Assembly: GCF_002113885.1 (NCBI RefSeq)
Contig: NW_018406231.1
Location: 850,211 to 914,210 of the forward strand
DNA: 64,000 nucleotides
Source: Mizuhopecten yessoensis
Lineage: Eukaryota
Reading direction: 5' to 3'
A model generated the notes under the pieces. That model saw nothing but the letters and a program-made list of their open reading frames with translations, did not search any database and was not told the origin of the DNA. A program made the position numbers and the translations under genes. This document shows, in pieces, positions 50,671 to 63,300 of this stretch; within the stretch, counting starts at the first letter, position 1, and each line of letters starts with the position of its first letter.

Positions 50671-53600
50671 ATGAGCGGTGCAAGCGCAGATGTAGTGGCT
50701 CCTAACAATAGCGATATCGGCGACATGGTTCAGGAAGGAAAGAACAAAACAAAGATATACTGCCAAAGATGTTCGTCTCTCATTCTTCTGCAACAGAAAG
50801 CCAGCATAAAGGAAAAAGAGGTGATCGAATAATCAATCAATGGTTTTGTGTCTCACTTAAAAGCGTCCTCAACCGACAACAAGCGTCTTCAAGTGACAAC
50901 AAGCGTCGCCAGACAAAATCTTCAAAAATGCTGAATAAAGTAAGCGACATCGGAAGATATGTTGTTAATGTGACTATAATACACCCCTGCACCAAATTTT
51001 AATTTGATATTTGATAAAATGACCAAGTTATGATGAATTGAATTTTTACGATCGCGGCGTGGCACATGTGTGTATTAGCTTGAAAAGTGTAGAAAGTGTC
51101 GCCAGATAATATCGTTACAATTACCCGCTAAAGTAAGCGACATCAGAAGATATGTTATTAATGAGACTTTTATTGATATATATTCCAAATTTCAGCTCGA
51201 TATTTGAAAACATGATCGAGTTATGATTAATTTATTATTACAATCGGCGGCGTGACATACGTGTGTGAATAGAACACTACAGATCGTAAAGCGTCTTCAG
51301 ACAATATCTCGAATATTAACCTATAATGTAAGCGACATCAGAAGATATGTTATTCATATAACTATGATACAACTTTATACTAAACTTCCGGTAAAAATTC
51401 GAATAAATGACTGAGTAAGGATGTTTTTAATTATTATGATCGACGACTTGGCACATGTGTGTGAATAGAATTCGACAGATTGTGAAGCGTCTTCAAACTA
51501 TATCTCTAAAATTAATCGATTAAGTAAGCGACATCAGAAGATATGTTATTCATATAACTATGATACCCCTTTATACCAAACTTCAGGTAGAAATTTGAAT
51601 AAATGACCGATTAATGATGTTGAAACAAAAAAACGTACCACTTAACCCACAGCCACAATTGGACGAGATTTTTGTACTGAAACGGTATTACTCGACCCTT
51701 AAGCTTCTTCATATGTCGAGTTCTATTCACACACGTATGCCACGTCGCCGATCGTAATAATAAATTAATCATAACTCGATCATTTTTTCAAATATCGAGC
51801 TGAAATTTGGAATATATATCAATAAAAGTTTAACTAATAACATATCTTCTGATGCCGCTTACTTTAGTGGGTAATTGTAACGATATTATCTGGCGACGCT
51901 TTCTTCACTTTACATGCTAATATAAACATGTGCCACGCCGAGATCGTAAAAATTCAATTCATCATAACTCGGTCATTTTATCAAATATCAAATTAAAATT
52001 TGGTACAGAGGTGTATTATAGTCATATTAACAGCATATCTTTTGATGTCGCTTACTTTATTCAGTATTTTTGAAGATTTTGTCTTGCTACGCTTGTTGTC
52101 ACTTGAAGACGCTTGTTGTCGGTTGAAGACGCTTTTAAGTGAGACCGATGACAATCATTATCTGATTAGGATACAACAAAACTCGTGAATGATGTCAAAG
52201 ACTCCTGTCTAGGAGTTTCTGACATTTCCTGTCTTTGACATAAGACCCTTTAATGTTTGTTCATAGCATGACATGTGCTGACTTTATCATATGACATATA
52301 CCAACAGGCTGAGCCTGACTCTAAAGTTAACACTGCAAACCAATACACTCCTGTTAGAATAGTACAATTGCCCCTGAACCTGGGGTCTCGACTCACCCAA
52401 AGGATCAACTCCCTAGGTTATAACATGGACAAGTACCCTAACCATACAGTACAATGTATATACAATTGCTTAGCATGAAGAGATGAATACACTTGTGCTA
52501 CCATGATTTGCATAGGGATCGGGCCCCACCCTACATACATGTACTTGCTTCCTGGCCTTGGGTCATAGTCTGAAACAAGTCACACTTAAAACCGTCTTCA
52601 ACGTGGAACTGACAACAAGCGACAAAAAGCATTGCCAGACAAAATCTTTTAAATACTAAATAAAGTAAACGACATCAGAACTAGGCAATACATGACAATA
52701 ACACACATATATATATAGACTGACTTTGTATACTTAATAGTGCATGAACAGTTATGAAGCAGAGATACTTATTACTGTTTTAATTGTACATAGGATTAAG
52801 GTCGCCGTCTAGCTTCGAGCTGAAGAGGGAATTTCCCTTTAAAGCTGATCAGTGGTAGAGCATCCGACTAGGAACCTGGAGATTGAGGGTACCCAGTTTG
52901 ATCCCGGGTGGAAGCACACTATTCTCTTTCCTGTCACAAATGGTGTCCGTGGCCCTCCCTGTGGTGACAGGGAGTTAGAACCTGGGTTGTGGTGTTCAAT
53001 GGCGAACACATTTAAAAAGGAGGGAGTAGTGTGGCAGGTTTTAATTGTACATTGGATTAAGGTCGCCGTCTAGCTTAGAGCTGAAGAGTGAATTTCTTTA
53101 GCTTTAGAGGGTCCGACTAGGAACCTTGAGATTGAGTGTTCGACCCCCTTCTCTTTCCTGTTACTTTACCAACTTGACACAGATTGTAGTGAATCTGAAA
53201 TTCGTCTCAGGATGAACCTTGATTATGTAATTCTTTACATAAAAAATTGGGTTCATAACCATATAGCCACATGGTAGTATGATGGTACCCAAAAATATGA
53301 ATATAATAAAACGCCCTACCTACCCTGGGTTTTTTTGGCCCATGGAACCCAAAACAGACATATCTCTTTTTTTTGGTCTAAGAATTTAGCTTTTAGCCAC
53401 ACAATAGTTAATGTTTTGTACAATTGTTCACACCATTATTAATATGAAGCTGTAAGTAATTATGTTTTACTGCTTTTCCAGTTGTTTCTTCCACACATGA
53501 AGAAGAAGCCTAACGCTGCCCCTGAGGACGGGGAAACGCTGAACAACTTCTGGCTAGTGGAGGACATGTTCACCTTCGAGAACCTCGGATTCACGAACAC

Positions 53601-53721
53601 AGTGGACAACATTAAATATCTTATCTGTGCCGACTGTGAAGTGGGACCAATCGGAGTGCACGACATACGTCAGAATAAACTCTTCTACGTCGCATTGGAC
53701 CGTGTTAAACATGGAGAGTAG
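50671..53721 (+). CDS. RABIF: Guanine nucleotide exchange factor/chaperone MSS4 (RAB-interacting factor), 2 exons, 129 aa
   Basis: Exons 50671-50820 and 53482-53721. Zinc-binding CQRC...CADC pairs, FWLVEDMFTFENLGFT, KYLICADCEVGPIG and FYVALDRV are characteristic of Mss4. Confidence 0.95.
50850..52145. mobile_element. Foldback-like element with ~425-bp inverted arms built from ~195-bp subrepeats
   Basis: 50850-51274 is the reverse complement of 51721-52145. The subrepeat gtaagcgacatc(a/g)gaagatatg recurs at ~50940, 51132, 51328 and 51524. A degenerate terminal fragment lies at ~52580-52690. Confidence 0.8.
52778..53164 (+). mobile_element. tRNA-LTR TRIM family A copy in the RABIF intron
   Basis: Direct match to 31796-32215: LTR...cctgtcaca, aatggtgtccgtgg (PBS), aaaaaggagggagtag (PPT), tgtggcagg LTR. 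Confidence 0.8.
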
Positions 53722-54759
53722 AGTGTACAAACATCATGTCTTGACCGAATAGAATGTTTGACTTGGTAACTGTGCTAAAGAAAACTACGTTATGTTCTCA
53801 TGATTAAATAGTACTGATAAAAAATCACATTGTTTACCATTGTTGATGGTAATTTTATCTGTGCTGCATATTTTTTCTTCGAATTGTATCACAAATGTAA
53901 CAATATTAATGCTGAATGAAAATTTTAAGATAAGGGTACCCCTAGCGACCCTTTTTTATGTTGATCCTTTAACTCATTAACCCTTGAAATTTCATAATGA
54001 ACTATTTCAACCTTTGAATTGGAAGGGTTCAAATGTGTTTTCAAGGATGAATGAGTTAATTTGATCCCAGATATCCCATTTTAGACAAGCTTTGTTGATT
54101 ATAAAATCAGGATCTGCGCTCCATTGTCAAAATCCTTCTCTGAGCCCAAACAGGTTTCAAGGTGAATGATTTACAATTTCAGCATGATTTTTATCACTTC
54201 TGTTAGTCTATGAATGATGTGTGTACCTTGCTCTGTAACATGTAATGGATATTGGAGTCATATGTGTATTATTTTTATACCCCGGCTTTGACAAAGTCCT
54301 TTTTTTTTATAGTATTTGTTTTGTTCGTGCATGTACATGTCTGCGCTGATTATGGTTTCAAGGGCATATCTCAGCCACTTTTTCACAAATGGGCTTCAAA
54401 CCTATAATTTGGTACCTATAGCATCGGAAGGTGGTGTGTCGCATTCTAAAATAAGGTCATTGTGACCTCAACTTTACTTTACTATATATTGATTCCTGGT
54501 TATTGGGACCATTTTTAATTAATTTTTATTTAGTTTAACATTTTACATGCTTATCTAGAAAGGAAAATAGAACAAATACTGGTGCTCACAGTGTGTCAAA
54601 ACTAAGAAACTGCATTATTGAAATTTTTGGGAAAATAAATAGTTCAATACAAGTTATATACATCTCTGCAAATTTATCCGACAAAAAGCCCATGTCTGAA
54701 ATTAAGCCCACCCATATCTATTGCAGATTTAAAAAGAAGTTGCAACAAATACTCTTGGT

Positions 54760-54995
54760 AGGTCGGATGACACAGTGGATAGCGCACTTGCCTTTCACCA
54801 AGGCGACCAGGGTTCGATTCCCCCATTGGACTTGAAAAGGTTGGGGTCACCTGCCCGACCATGTGGGTTTTCCCTGGGAACTCGGGTTTCCTCCCACATT
54901 AAGACCCCTGCGTCCTAACATCCGGGCAAAACAAGAGTGATTAATATAAGTTGTAATAACTTGTTTCGAAATTGTTGTAAACTAAATAAAATTGA
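54760..54995 (+). mobile_element. tRNA-derived SINE, same family as 6586-6826
   Basis: Colinear head, core (gggttttccctgggaactcgggtttcctcccac) and tail. Confidence 0.8.
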
Positions 54996-57804
54996 TATTT
55001 AATACTCTTTCATTTCACTATACAATGTATGTTCTCCCACTTTGAGTCAGTGTGTTGACTCGCTGGGTTTATTGCCGAATAAATGTATTTAGAAACAAAC
55101 ATGATTAGTAAAGTGTATTTCCGATACATTCAGTCTATGTCGAGATCAGTGTAGGAAAACACATTTTAGGCCTTACAAAAAATGTCTTCATTTCCTTTTA
55201 CATTTTTGAAAAAATTAGGGTAGGAAAGTAGGTAATTAATGTTATTTTTATAGGTTTATATGCGAGAGTAATCTTGACTTAACAGTGCTTATTTGAAAAT
55301 TGCCAAAAATTGTTAAGGGTAGGCAAATAATATGAGGGTTGGTAGGGTTACCGGAAACAAATAATGTTTGTTTCTGTGGCATTTAATAATTCACAAATCC
55401 AAAAAAAAATCAGAGTTGTTTGACACTCAACGAATCGGTTTCTTCTGTAAATTTTTTTAATGTTTATGTGTCCTAGTGTGTAATGAAAGTTAATTTTCGT
55501 GAGTTAAGTTTTAACTCACTTTACTAGTCCAATATTTAATTGACGAAGCTAAAGAGAAATTCCTCCTGTTGATCCAGTGGTACAAAACTTAAAGGTTATT
55601 TTGTGAAGTCTAGATTTCCAGTTATAAGTAATATAGTTGTATTGTGGACTGTCTCAAACAATAGGAAATGTTGTTTTGTTGGGGGCTGTCTTGAGAAATG
55701 AGTAATATTATTTTGTAGTTGGCCAGCAAGGAAGTAGTGTTATTTTGAAGGGGACTGTCTCCATAAAATAAGTACATGTAATATTATTTCATGGGAGACT
55801 GTATCCAGCAATAAATATTGTAATTTTTTAAGCAGAAAAGTATTTAATGTCTTTTTGTAGGGGGCTGGCCCCAGCAAGGAAGTGATGCTGTATTGTAGGG
55901 ACTGTTTCCACCAAGAAAATTGTACTATTGTAAATATATGTATCTATTTCCAGCAGGGTAATACTGTCTTTTTGTTTTTACCTGTCGTATTGAGTGTATG
56001 GTGCTGATAAATATTGTTAAGCATGCTGTAACCCAGTTTAGATTTCTAGATTATTCCTTAGGTTAACCCTTTCACCCCTATGTAACTGAAATAGACTCTA
56101 CCATGCATTTATCTTGATGAGTACATTATGGTCTACAGTGATGGAAAGGCTAAAATCAAATCTTTCCTGAACTTAAGCAATTCTTTCCCCATAGGGAATT
56201 TCAGTTACCGATAAGGGCAAAATATTTTGATTTTTCATGAAACTGAAATCAGATAATTTGAGGTTCTATAAAAGTCTTGATATTGTTGTGTGTTTAAAAT
56301 GTAAAGAGTCGAAATTTAAATTTGTAGGGTTTGATATATCAGCTGTTTACTTGTTTGTGTAATACTGTATGGTTGGTGATATTGGTGGGGGATTTAATTT
56401 CACTTTATTCACAGTCACCAAAGATAGCACAAAATTAAATACTCAGCAAATATTAACACCACAATTAATGATTCCATAAATATACAAAAGCAATCTGTTT
56501 ACCCCTTAAATGCCAAATAATGAAGATACAACTACAACTTAGTCTTGCATATTACTTTATTTTCACAAAACGCTTGTAAAATAAATTCTGTCACCCAAAT
56601 ACTGAAGTACTTTCACGAGTGCAACATTTTTACCTGATCATATTTCGCAAAATTTAATCCCTGCAAGATAGTTCTGATCAGAACGACCACGAAATGGAAT
56701 AAATGATAAATCTGTTGTATATAATAAATGTAGAAACTAATGAAATCCATTAAGTGTATTTATATTTTAAGGGTTGTTGATGCTAAAAAGAAAACCTACA
56801 GTAAGTGTGTGAAGTCTTTTGAATGAGTTAAATAAAATCATATGTTAGCATATTTGGTAGATATGTTTTAGGCTTGTTACAGAGATGTTTCAGTATAATT
56901 GCAATAAGAGTCTTATATGTTGTCCTGGCCAGTAGTGTAATCGAACATTGAGAGTATTGTACGACTCCCCAAAATGAGTTTAACTCTCAAGTTTTGAAGG
57001 AAAGATCTACATTGTACAAGACAAATTTTGTTTTGACTCTCCAAAGTTTCGGCAAATTTCTGTTTGACTTCTGAATTTGCTAAATGTCGAAAGATAACAT
57101 AAAATTCTTGGCTATTCTTACACACCTCAGAAGACTTCCATGTGTATGTTGTGTTCCTCTGTCACATGGCCGGTCTAGCAGAAAGACTAGACAAGACATG
57201 TCTTGTGCTCTCCGATATTTATCTAAAGGATTTTACACAAAGGCATCAATATATAATGATTTTCTGTTAGCTGTTCGGTACATAAATGATAATAGTGGTA
57301 TGAAATACACTCACAAATGTACTTACCTGATTGTAGTATGCATGGTGTGTATATATACTTTTGTAAATTGTGTAGTAAAAATGATGTAAATTGGATCAAG
57401 TTAACCAAGTCATCAGTTTTGTATTTTTCAATGTGCAATTGATATTGAATTTATATGTGAAATAAATGGTAGTAATGAACAAAACCCTGTTGATTATGGT
57501 CATTTTGACATTTTACCGACAACACAAGGAACAAGGAGGTGTAGAAATATTGTTATTTTATTTAATCAAGCTTGTTCAGATATAGATTAATGGGGGTAAG
57601 GAGATTCAATGCATCATTAATTTGAGAATTCTTTAATTACTTAATTGGTTTTATAGAAGACTACGAAATTTTTATGGTTGGTGAGTTCGGGCTAATGATG
57701 GCTGATGGGCTCAAAAATGGCCTGTTCACTTCTTAACCCCACCACTGTATGTTATTTCTGGAATGACCGTTACATCCGAGTGGTTATGTTTGGCCTATAT
57801 AATG

Positions 57805-57941
57805 TGTAACAGGAGAAAGAGAAAGGCAACGACCAGACAAGGATTCTAATCCAGGACCCTCGGAACTCAATCAATTGAAGGACACTCTACCAATTGAGAT
57901 AACCTGGTTTCTGATGATTTACCTAGTGTAGTTCCACTACA
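57805..57941 (-). mobile_element. Degenerate solo tRNA-like LTR (family C-related)
   Basis: Plus strand tgtaacaggag...gttccactaca, colinear with 33138-33265. Confidence 0.5.
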
Positions 57942-58099
57942 TTTCTTCCTCCTTTTGCTGAAGTATTTGACCCCATAGATACAACTATTTACAACGCAGT
58001 TATGAATAGGTAAAGATGACCATGACAATGGTGTGTATCTTATGTGTGGAAACTGGTCAACTCTACTACTACAGCCAGACTCTTGTATTCCTTGTGGAA

Positions 58100-58405
58100 T
58101 CCGTCTGCTGGGTAACACAGAACTGTCCGTCTGCTGGGTAACATAGAACTGTCTGTCTGCTGGGTAACACAGAACTGTCTGTCTGCTGGGTAACACAGAA
58201 CTGTCCGTCTGCTGGGTAACATAGAACTATCTGTCTGTTGGGTAACACAGAACTGTCTGTCTGCTGGGTAACACAGAACTGTCCATCTGCTGGGTAACAC
58301 AGAACTGTCCGTCTGCTGGGTAACACAGAACTGTCAGTCTATTGCGTAACACAGAACTGTCCATCTGCTGGGTAACACAGAACTATCATTCTGCTGGGTA
58401 TAACA
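58100..58405. repeat. Minisatellite, 26-bp unit x ~12
   Basis: Unit ctgtccgtctgctgggtaacacagaa. Confidence 0.92.
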
Positions 58406-60322
58406 GAAATCCACTGAACTCTTTGCATGGACATTAGATCTCCCACTCCCCGTATTTACGCCCAGGTTTGGGTATCACCTCGCCAAGCATTTTCCCAGTG
58501 CTTGAAACAAGGCATGGCAAGCTCTCCAGTTTTGTATTACATGTAGAAGAATAGCCAGACCAAAATTTGAACCCGGTACCATCCCAAACTCTTGATGGAT
58601 CAATTGAGCTACCTGGTCACCAACAACCCAGTCCAGTTCCCCTACAAATGCAGGTTCTGTGTACGTATTAGTCAAATAAAGAGTCAAAGTCACTAAAAGT
58701 TATGTAACACACTTTTATTCTAGAAAACATACTACAATCTCACTCTCTGGGTTAGAAGTTTTGTTTCCATTACACAATCATCAATGTGATATTTCTTTTT
58801 CTCACCAACTTTCTTTAATGGACAAATTGCAAAGATAAACACTAGTACACAACCTAGTGTGAATACAGCAGTTCCTAGTAGAGCATGTACTTTTCCCACA
58901 GATTTAGACGGGGAAATCTCGCGCCAGAAATATGGGCGATCATTGCTTCAATTTGTGTGAGAAAAAGACATGAAACAATATCAATGAGCATAGCACAGCT
59001 AAATTATCACACAACAAATATATATCAAAATACTTACTAATACCATAAAGGTAGATTATAACTTAGTTCACTCTCAACAAATATCACACTCCCTGCAATG
59101 ACTCCGACAAATATACAATAAATTAAATTCATTTTTATGAACGAGTCATTTACAATACATCACACAATACAATTTGTTTTTAGTTAAAAGAGTGTTTGAT
59201 ATTTCATTAAAACAACATTCTTCATATAATTGCATGAACGTTAGAAAAAGATTGTACATCATTTTGTAAAATAATAAATATTGTGTAAAATCAAAATATT
59301 TTTTTAAAATAATGAATGAAACCTAACAATGATAAATTACTAACAGATGTATACATATATATGTGTATAATATTCGGATGCTATAATATTAATATTTAAT
59401 GTATATATGCATTGCACAGGATGATCTACATAATTTATTATATACCATATAAAACTGATCAACATTTGAATTTGCACAACTGCTCAAGCTTAACAAAAAC
59501 TAGACACCTGCATTACCTAATTAACGCATGTGTCAAAAACAGTGTTTTACATGTTTAATTTGTAATTTGTATAGCAAAAGAATTTTCATTGACATTTTTT
59601 TTCATTAAATTAAATGTAGCTCAATTTCCAAAAACAGAGCTAGAGTCAACACATCTTCTTGAAGACAAGTATTTTGTGTTAAAGTTAAAAAAGAGTGAAT
59701 AAATAATTAAAATAAGTCACTTTATCATTCAAGGACAAATTTCTTAAATATGTACATTTCAATTGTAATAAAATGTTTTTAAAATATAAACAAAATCACT
59801 ATTAACTACATTCTATGGGTGTATGTATAAGCTTCTAAAAAGACTTCAAGAATAAAAAAATAACTTAAGTATACAATGTACCCTTAGACATTACAAAAAT
59901 GAACCATTGTCATGATTGATGATTTTAAACATTGCAGTGACATGTATACAATAGAAAATGAAAATTGTCAAATATAATGTGATGTAATATAGCACTTGGT
60001 GACATTACGATTCCACTAGTGATCTTATAAACAAGCTGCCGGTTGGTTTTATACAGACGTTTGATTGTCTGATATAGAAGTAGAGGTATAGTATTACATG
60101 TTCTAATATTCATCTTGCAATAAGCCCACGGGGGCCAATTAACACATTAACTCCAGCTAAAAGTAGTGGTCAGGCTTATTGGAATGCAATGACGAAAACA
60201 GTATCTGCTGGTATCTTTGTTAAACTGTCATGTCATGAGTGGGCTTTTCACCAGGCATGGGCTTATTGGCGGATAAAAATGGTCATTTGTTCTTATAATT
60301 TGTTTATCATATGAACAAAACA

Positions 60323-63300
60323 TCATTTGTCAGCTGGTGTCACTGGAACATCTGCATCCTTGGGCTTTGTGGCGTCTATCCTCACACCAAGAAACGTGGG
60401 GAAGCGTGGGCTGCCTGAGTTTGTGTATTCCTGAAACTTGTACGTTATTATAGAACCAATCTTGGGTGGCCTTCTGTGGTCCTTGTCGGTCAATCTGTCA
60501 ACACAAACAAAATCAATTTCAATTCTGAATTTCTACACAGAAATTATACCTTTTTTAAAATTTACCCTGCTCATTTATTCAATTGAATTTAATTACCATG
60601 ATAACCATATATACAAGTATTTTTTTCAATAGTTGAATGATAAAACATAATTTTAGATTTTCACCTCATAAAATGGTAAAATTAGCGCTGTTTTCAGACT
60701 CTTAACAAGTTACATGTACAATGTATAGGTATGTGCTCAAATCCTTTGTCATGCACCGCTATGATTCAATCTTGTGATGGGATCAGAAAGTTAACATTAA
60801 ACATAGGAAAGGTTCTCAGCTTAGGTTTGTTCAAGCTAATATCTACTAAATATGGAATTATATGATGATCATTAAAGGCTATTGTCACCCTGTTACAGAA
60901 TGCTACCTGCTTCCTATTGACTCGGCTAGGGAGCTTCCTATTGACTCGGCTAGGGAGCTTCCTATTGACTCGGCTAGGGAGAATTTCTCTTTAGCTAATT
61001 TGGTAGAGCATTAGATCAGAGGTTCTGAGTTCGACTCCTAGTGGAGGCATTGAAAAAATAATGACCTCTGTTACATTGGCGCCCAGGTAAGGACACGGGG
61101 ATATATTACAAAAAACCTTGACAATACTTGCAAAGGAATCGCTATGACCGCTGGAAAACTTGGGACAATTAAGTTCTTTCCTGGAATGGGAGTATGCCAC
61201 CCTGGTACAAAATACTGACCACTTTCTATCCACTTGGCAAGGAAGAATTTCTCTTGGCTCCTTTGGTAGAGCATAAGACTATATCTAGCTAAGTAAATCA
61301 AAGGTCCTGGGTTCGACTCCTAATGGAGACATTGGACAAATAATGATGTCTGTTACACTATTTTGCTTGAATAAGGATTTGGTTTAAAGTTTGAGACTGG
61401 AGTTATGAATACCAGTGCAGCTCTAGATCTACTGCTGTACTTACCCGGACCCCACAGAGAAAAGCTTGCCACACTCCATCTTGCATCGTAATGCTCCCAC
61501 TGCTCCTGTGAAACGACCTTTTCCAGGGTCGTAACCAACCACAACTGCCTAAAGTTAAAAAAAACAATGAACCAATGTCTTCATTTCCAAACGAAAATAG
61601 TATTTGCGACCTTTAGGAGTTCACTTTTTAAATAATTTTATATTTACAATCATGTAGTCCTTCTACATAAAAAAAGTCAGTAAAATTATTAGAGTTTATA
61701 TGTTTATATCAACCGTTAACAGGCAAATAACTTTAACCATTTTGATACTGAGCAAAGCATATTTACCTGTACGACTCATCTATAAACCATTGGTATAATA
61801 ATAATAATCTTTATTTAACGTCATGTACAATTGTCAACAACAAACATAAGCTCTGAAGTGCTTTTATTACGAAGCCGCTAAGGGAACAAATGGTGTTTTC
61901 GTGGTGGAGGAAAACCCACGGGAGGAAACCACTGTGCCATTGGAGGGATAACAACTAACCCTATCAGACATCACTCTCTTATTTCCGCCACCGCTGGGGA
62001 TCGAACCGAAATTCTTGGGAGAGCGATCAATTGGTCTGAAGCTAATGCTTGATAAAAATTAACACACAGTTGTACAATGACTGTGCGCACTAGTGATAAC
62101 GGCTACCAAGGCACCCAACAGGTGCTTGGGTTACAATAATATTTGTTTGACTTACCTCGGCATCATAAAACTTCTTCAACTTTAGAAGTGTTTTTGACCT
62201 CTTTCGTTCATATTTAGACTTTGGTTCTCTGATCATAAGTCCCTCTCCCCCAAGAGCGATGATTTTTTTCAGGTCGTCCTCCAATTGCTGTTTACTGGTA
62301 CATTTAGTCTGTTTCACAAGCTCAGCGTACTGAGGTCTGTAGCAACAAAATATACAATTAAAAGCTGAAAATAACTGGGTATTCCTTAAATACATTCTAC
62401 AACATATTTTTCAAGGTTTGATGCTTTTTTCATAGGCTTTCCTGCCCATCAATTGGACAATCATTTTGATACATGTATTGTGATTGTGATCACTCACCCC
62501 TGAAATTTCATTATGAACTATTCCAACCATTGAATTGGCAGAGTTCAAATGTGTCTTCAGGGGTGAATGAGTTAATATATCCTGATTAGCAACAATGGTA
62601 AATCATAAATTGTAGGCTTTGCAAAGTAAAGGTACTAAGTTCAACACCTGCAGGGTTTTTTTCCATCTTATTTGTGTATTTTTTGTATTTCTATTGTTAA
62701 AAACTCAATGTTCGAAAAACTATAATTCTGTAAAAACATAGCAACATTTGATTTTTTGTAGAATTTTTCCTTTGAAAAGGACTGAAATGTTTTACAGTAG
62801 CGACATTGGTTATAATATAGCTTATATGACTTACTGGTACCCTTTATCTTAATTGAATCAAAATTGTTTTACCGTCGATAAGTATGTTATAAACAGAATA
62901 AAGTTAAATGGAGGAGGTCATATTTACGTGTTTTCATCAAAATACTCTCTCAGGGCTTCCTGTCGCTTTTCAAACGTTTCCTTCTCCATATACGGGGCAT
63001 CAAACACCTATTAAAAAATCAGTCACTTTGTTATTCTTTTTTTTTTTTTTAATATTTTATCTTTCACCTGGTAAATTATATACCCAACCAGAGTATAACA
63101 TAGTCACCACATCCATTTATTCCGTCAGTGTTAGCTCAAATTGTTTTATTAAGGTTAAATGTCTATGATAGAACTTTTACGGAATTGTTCCATATAGACA
63201 GGTTGTCTTCTTATTTAAGTTATGACAGGTTTCACAAATAATTTGTCCGATATTTTGGTTACCACTAATAAAATAAAATAATTTCACTTGGTAGCAACAT

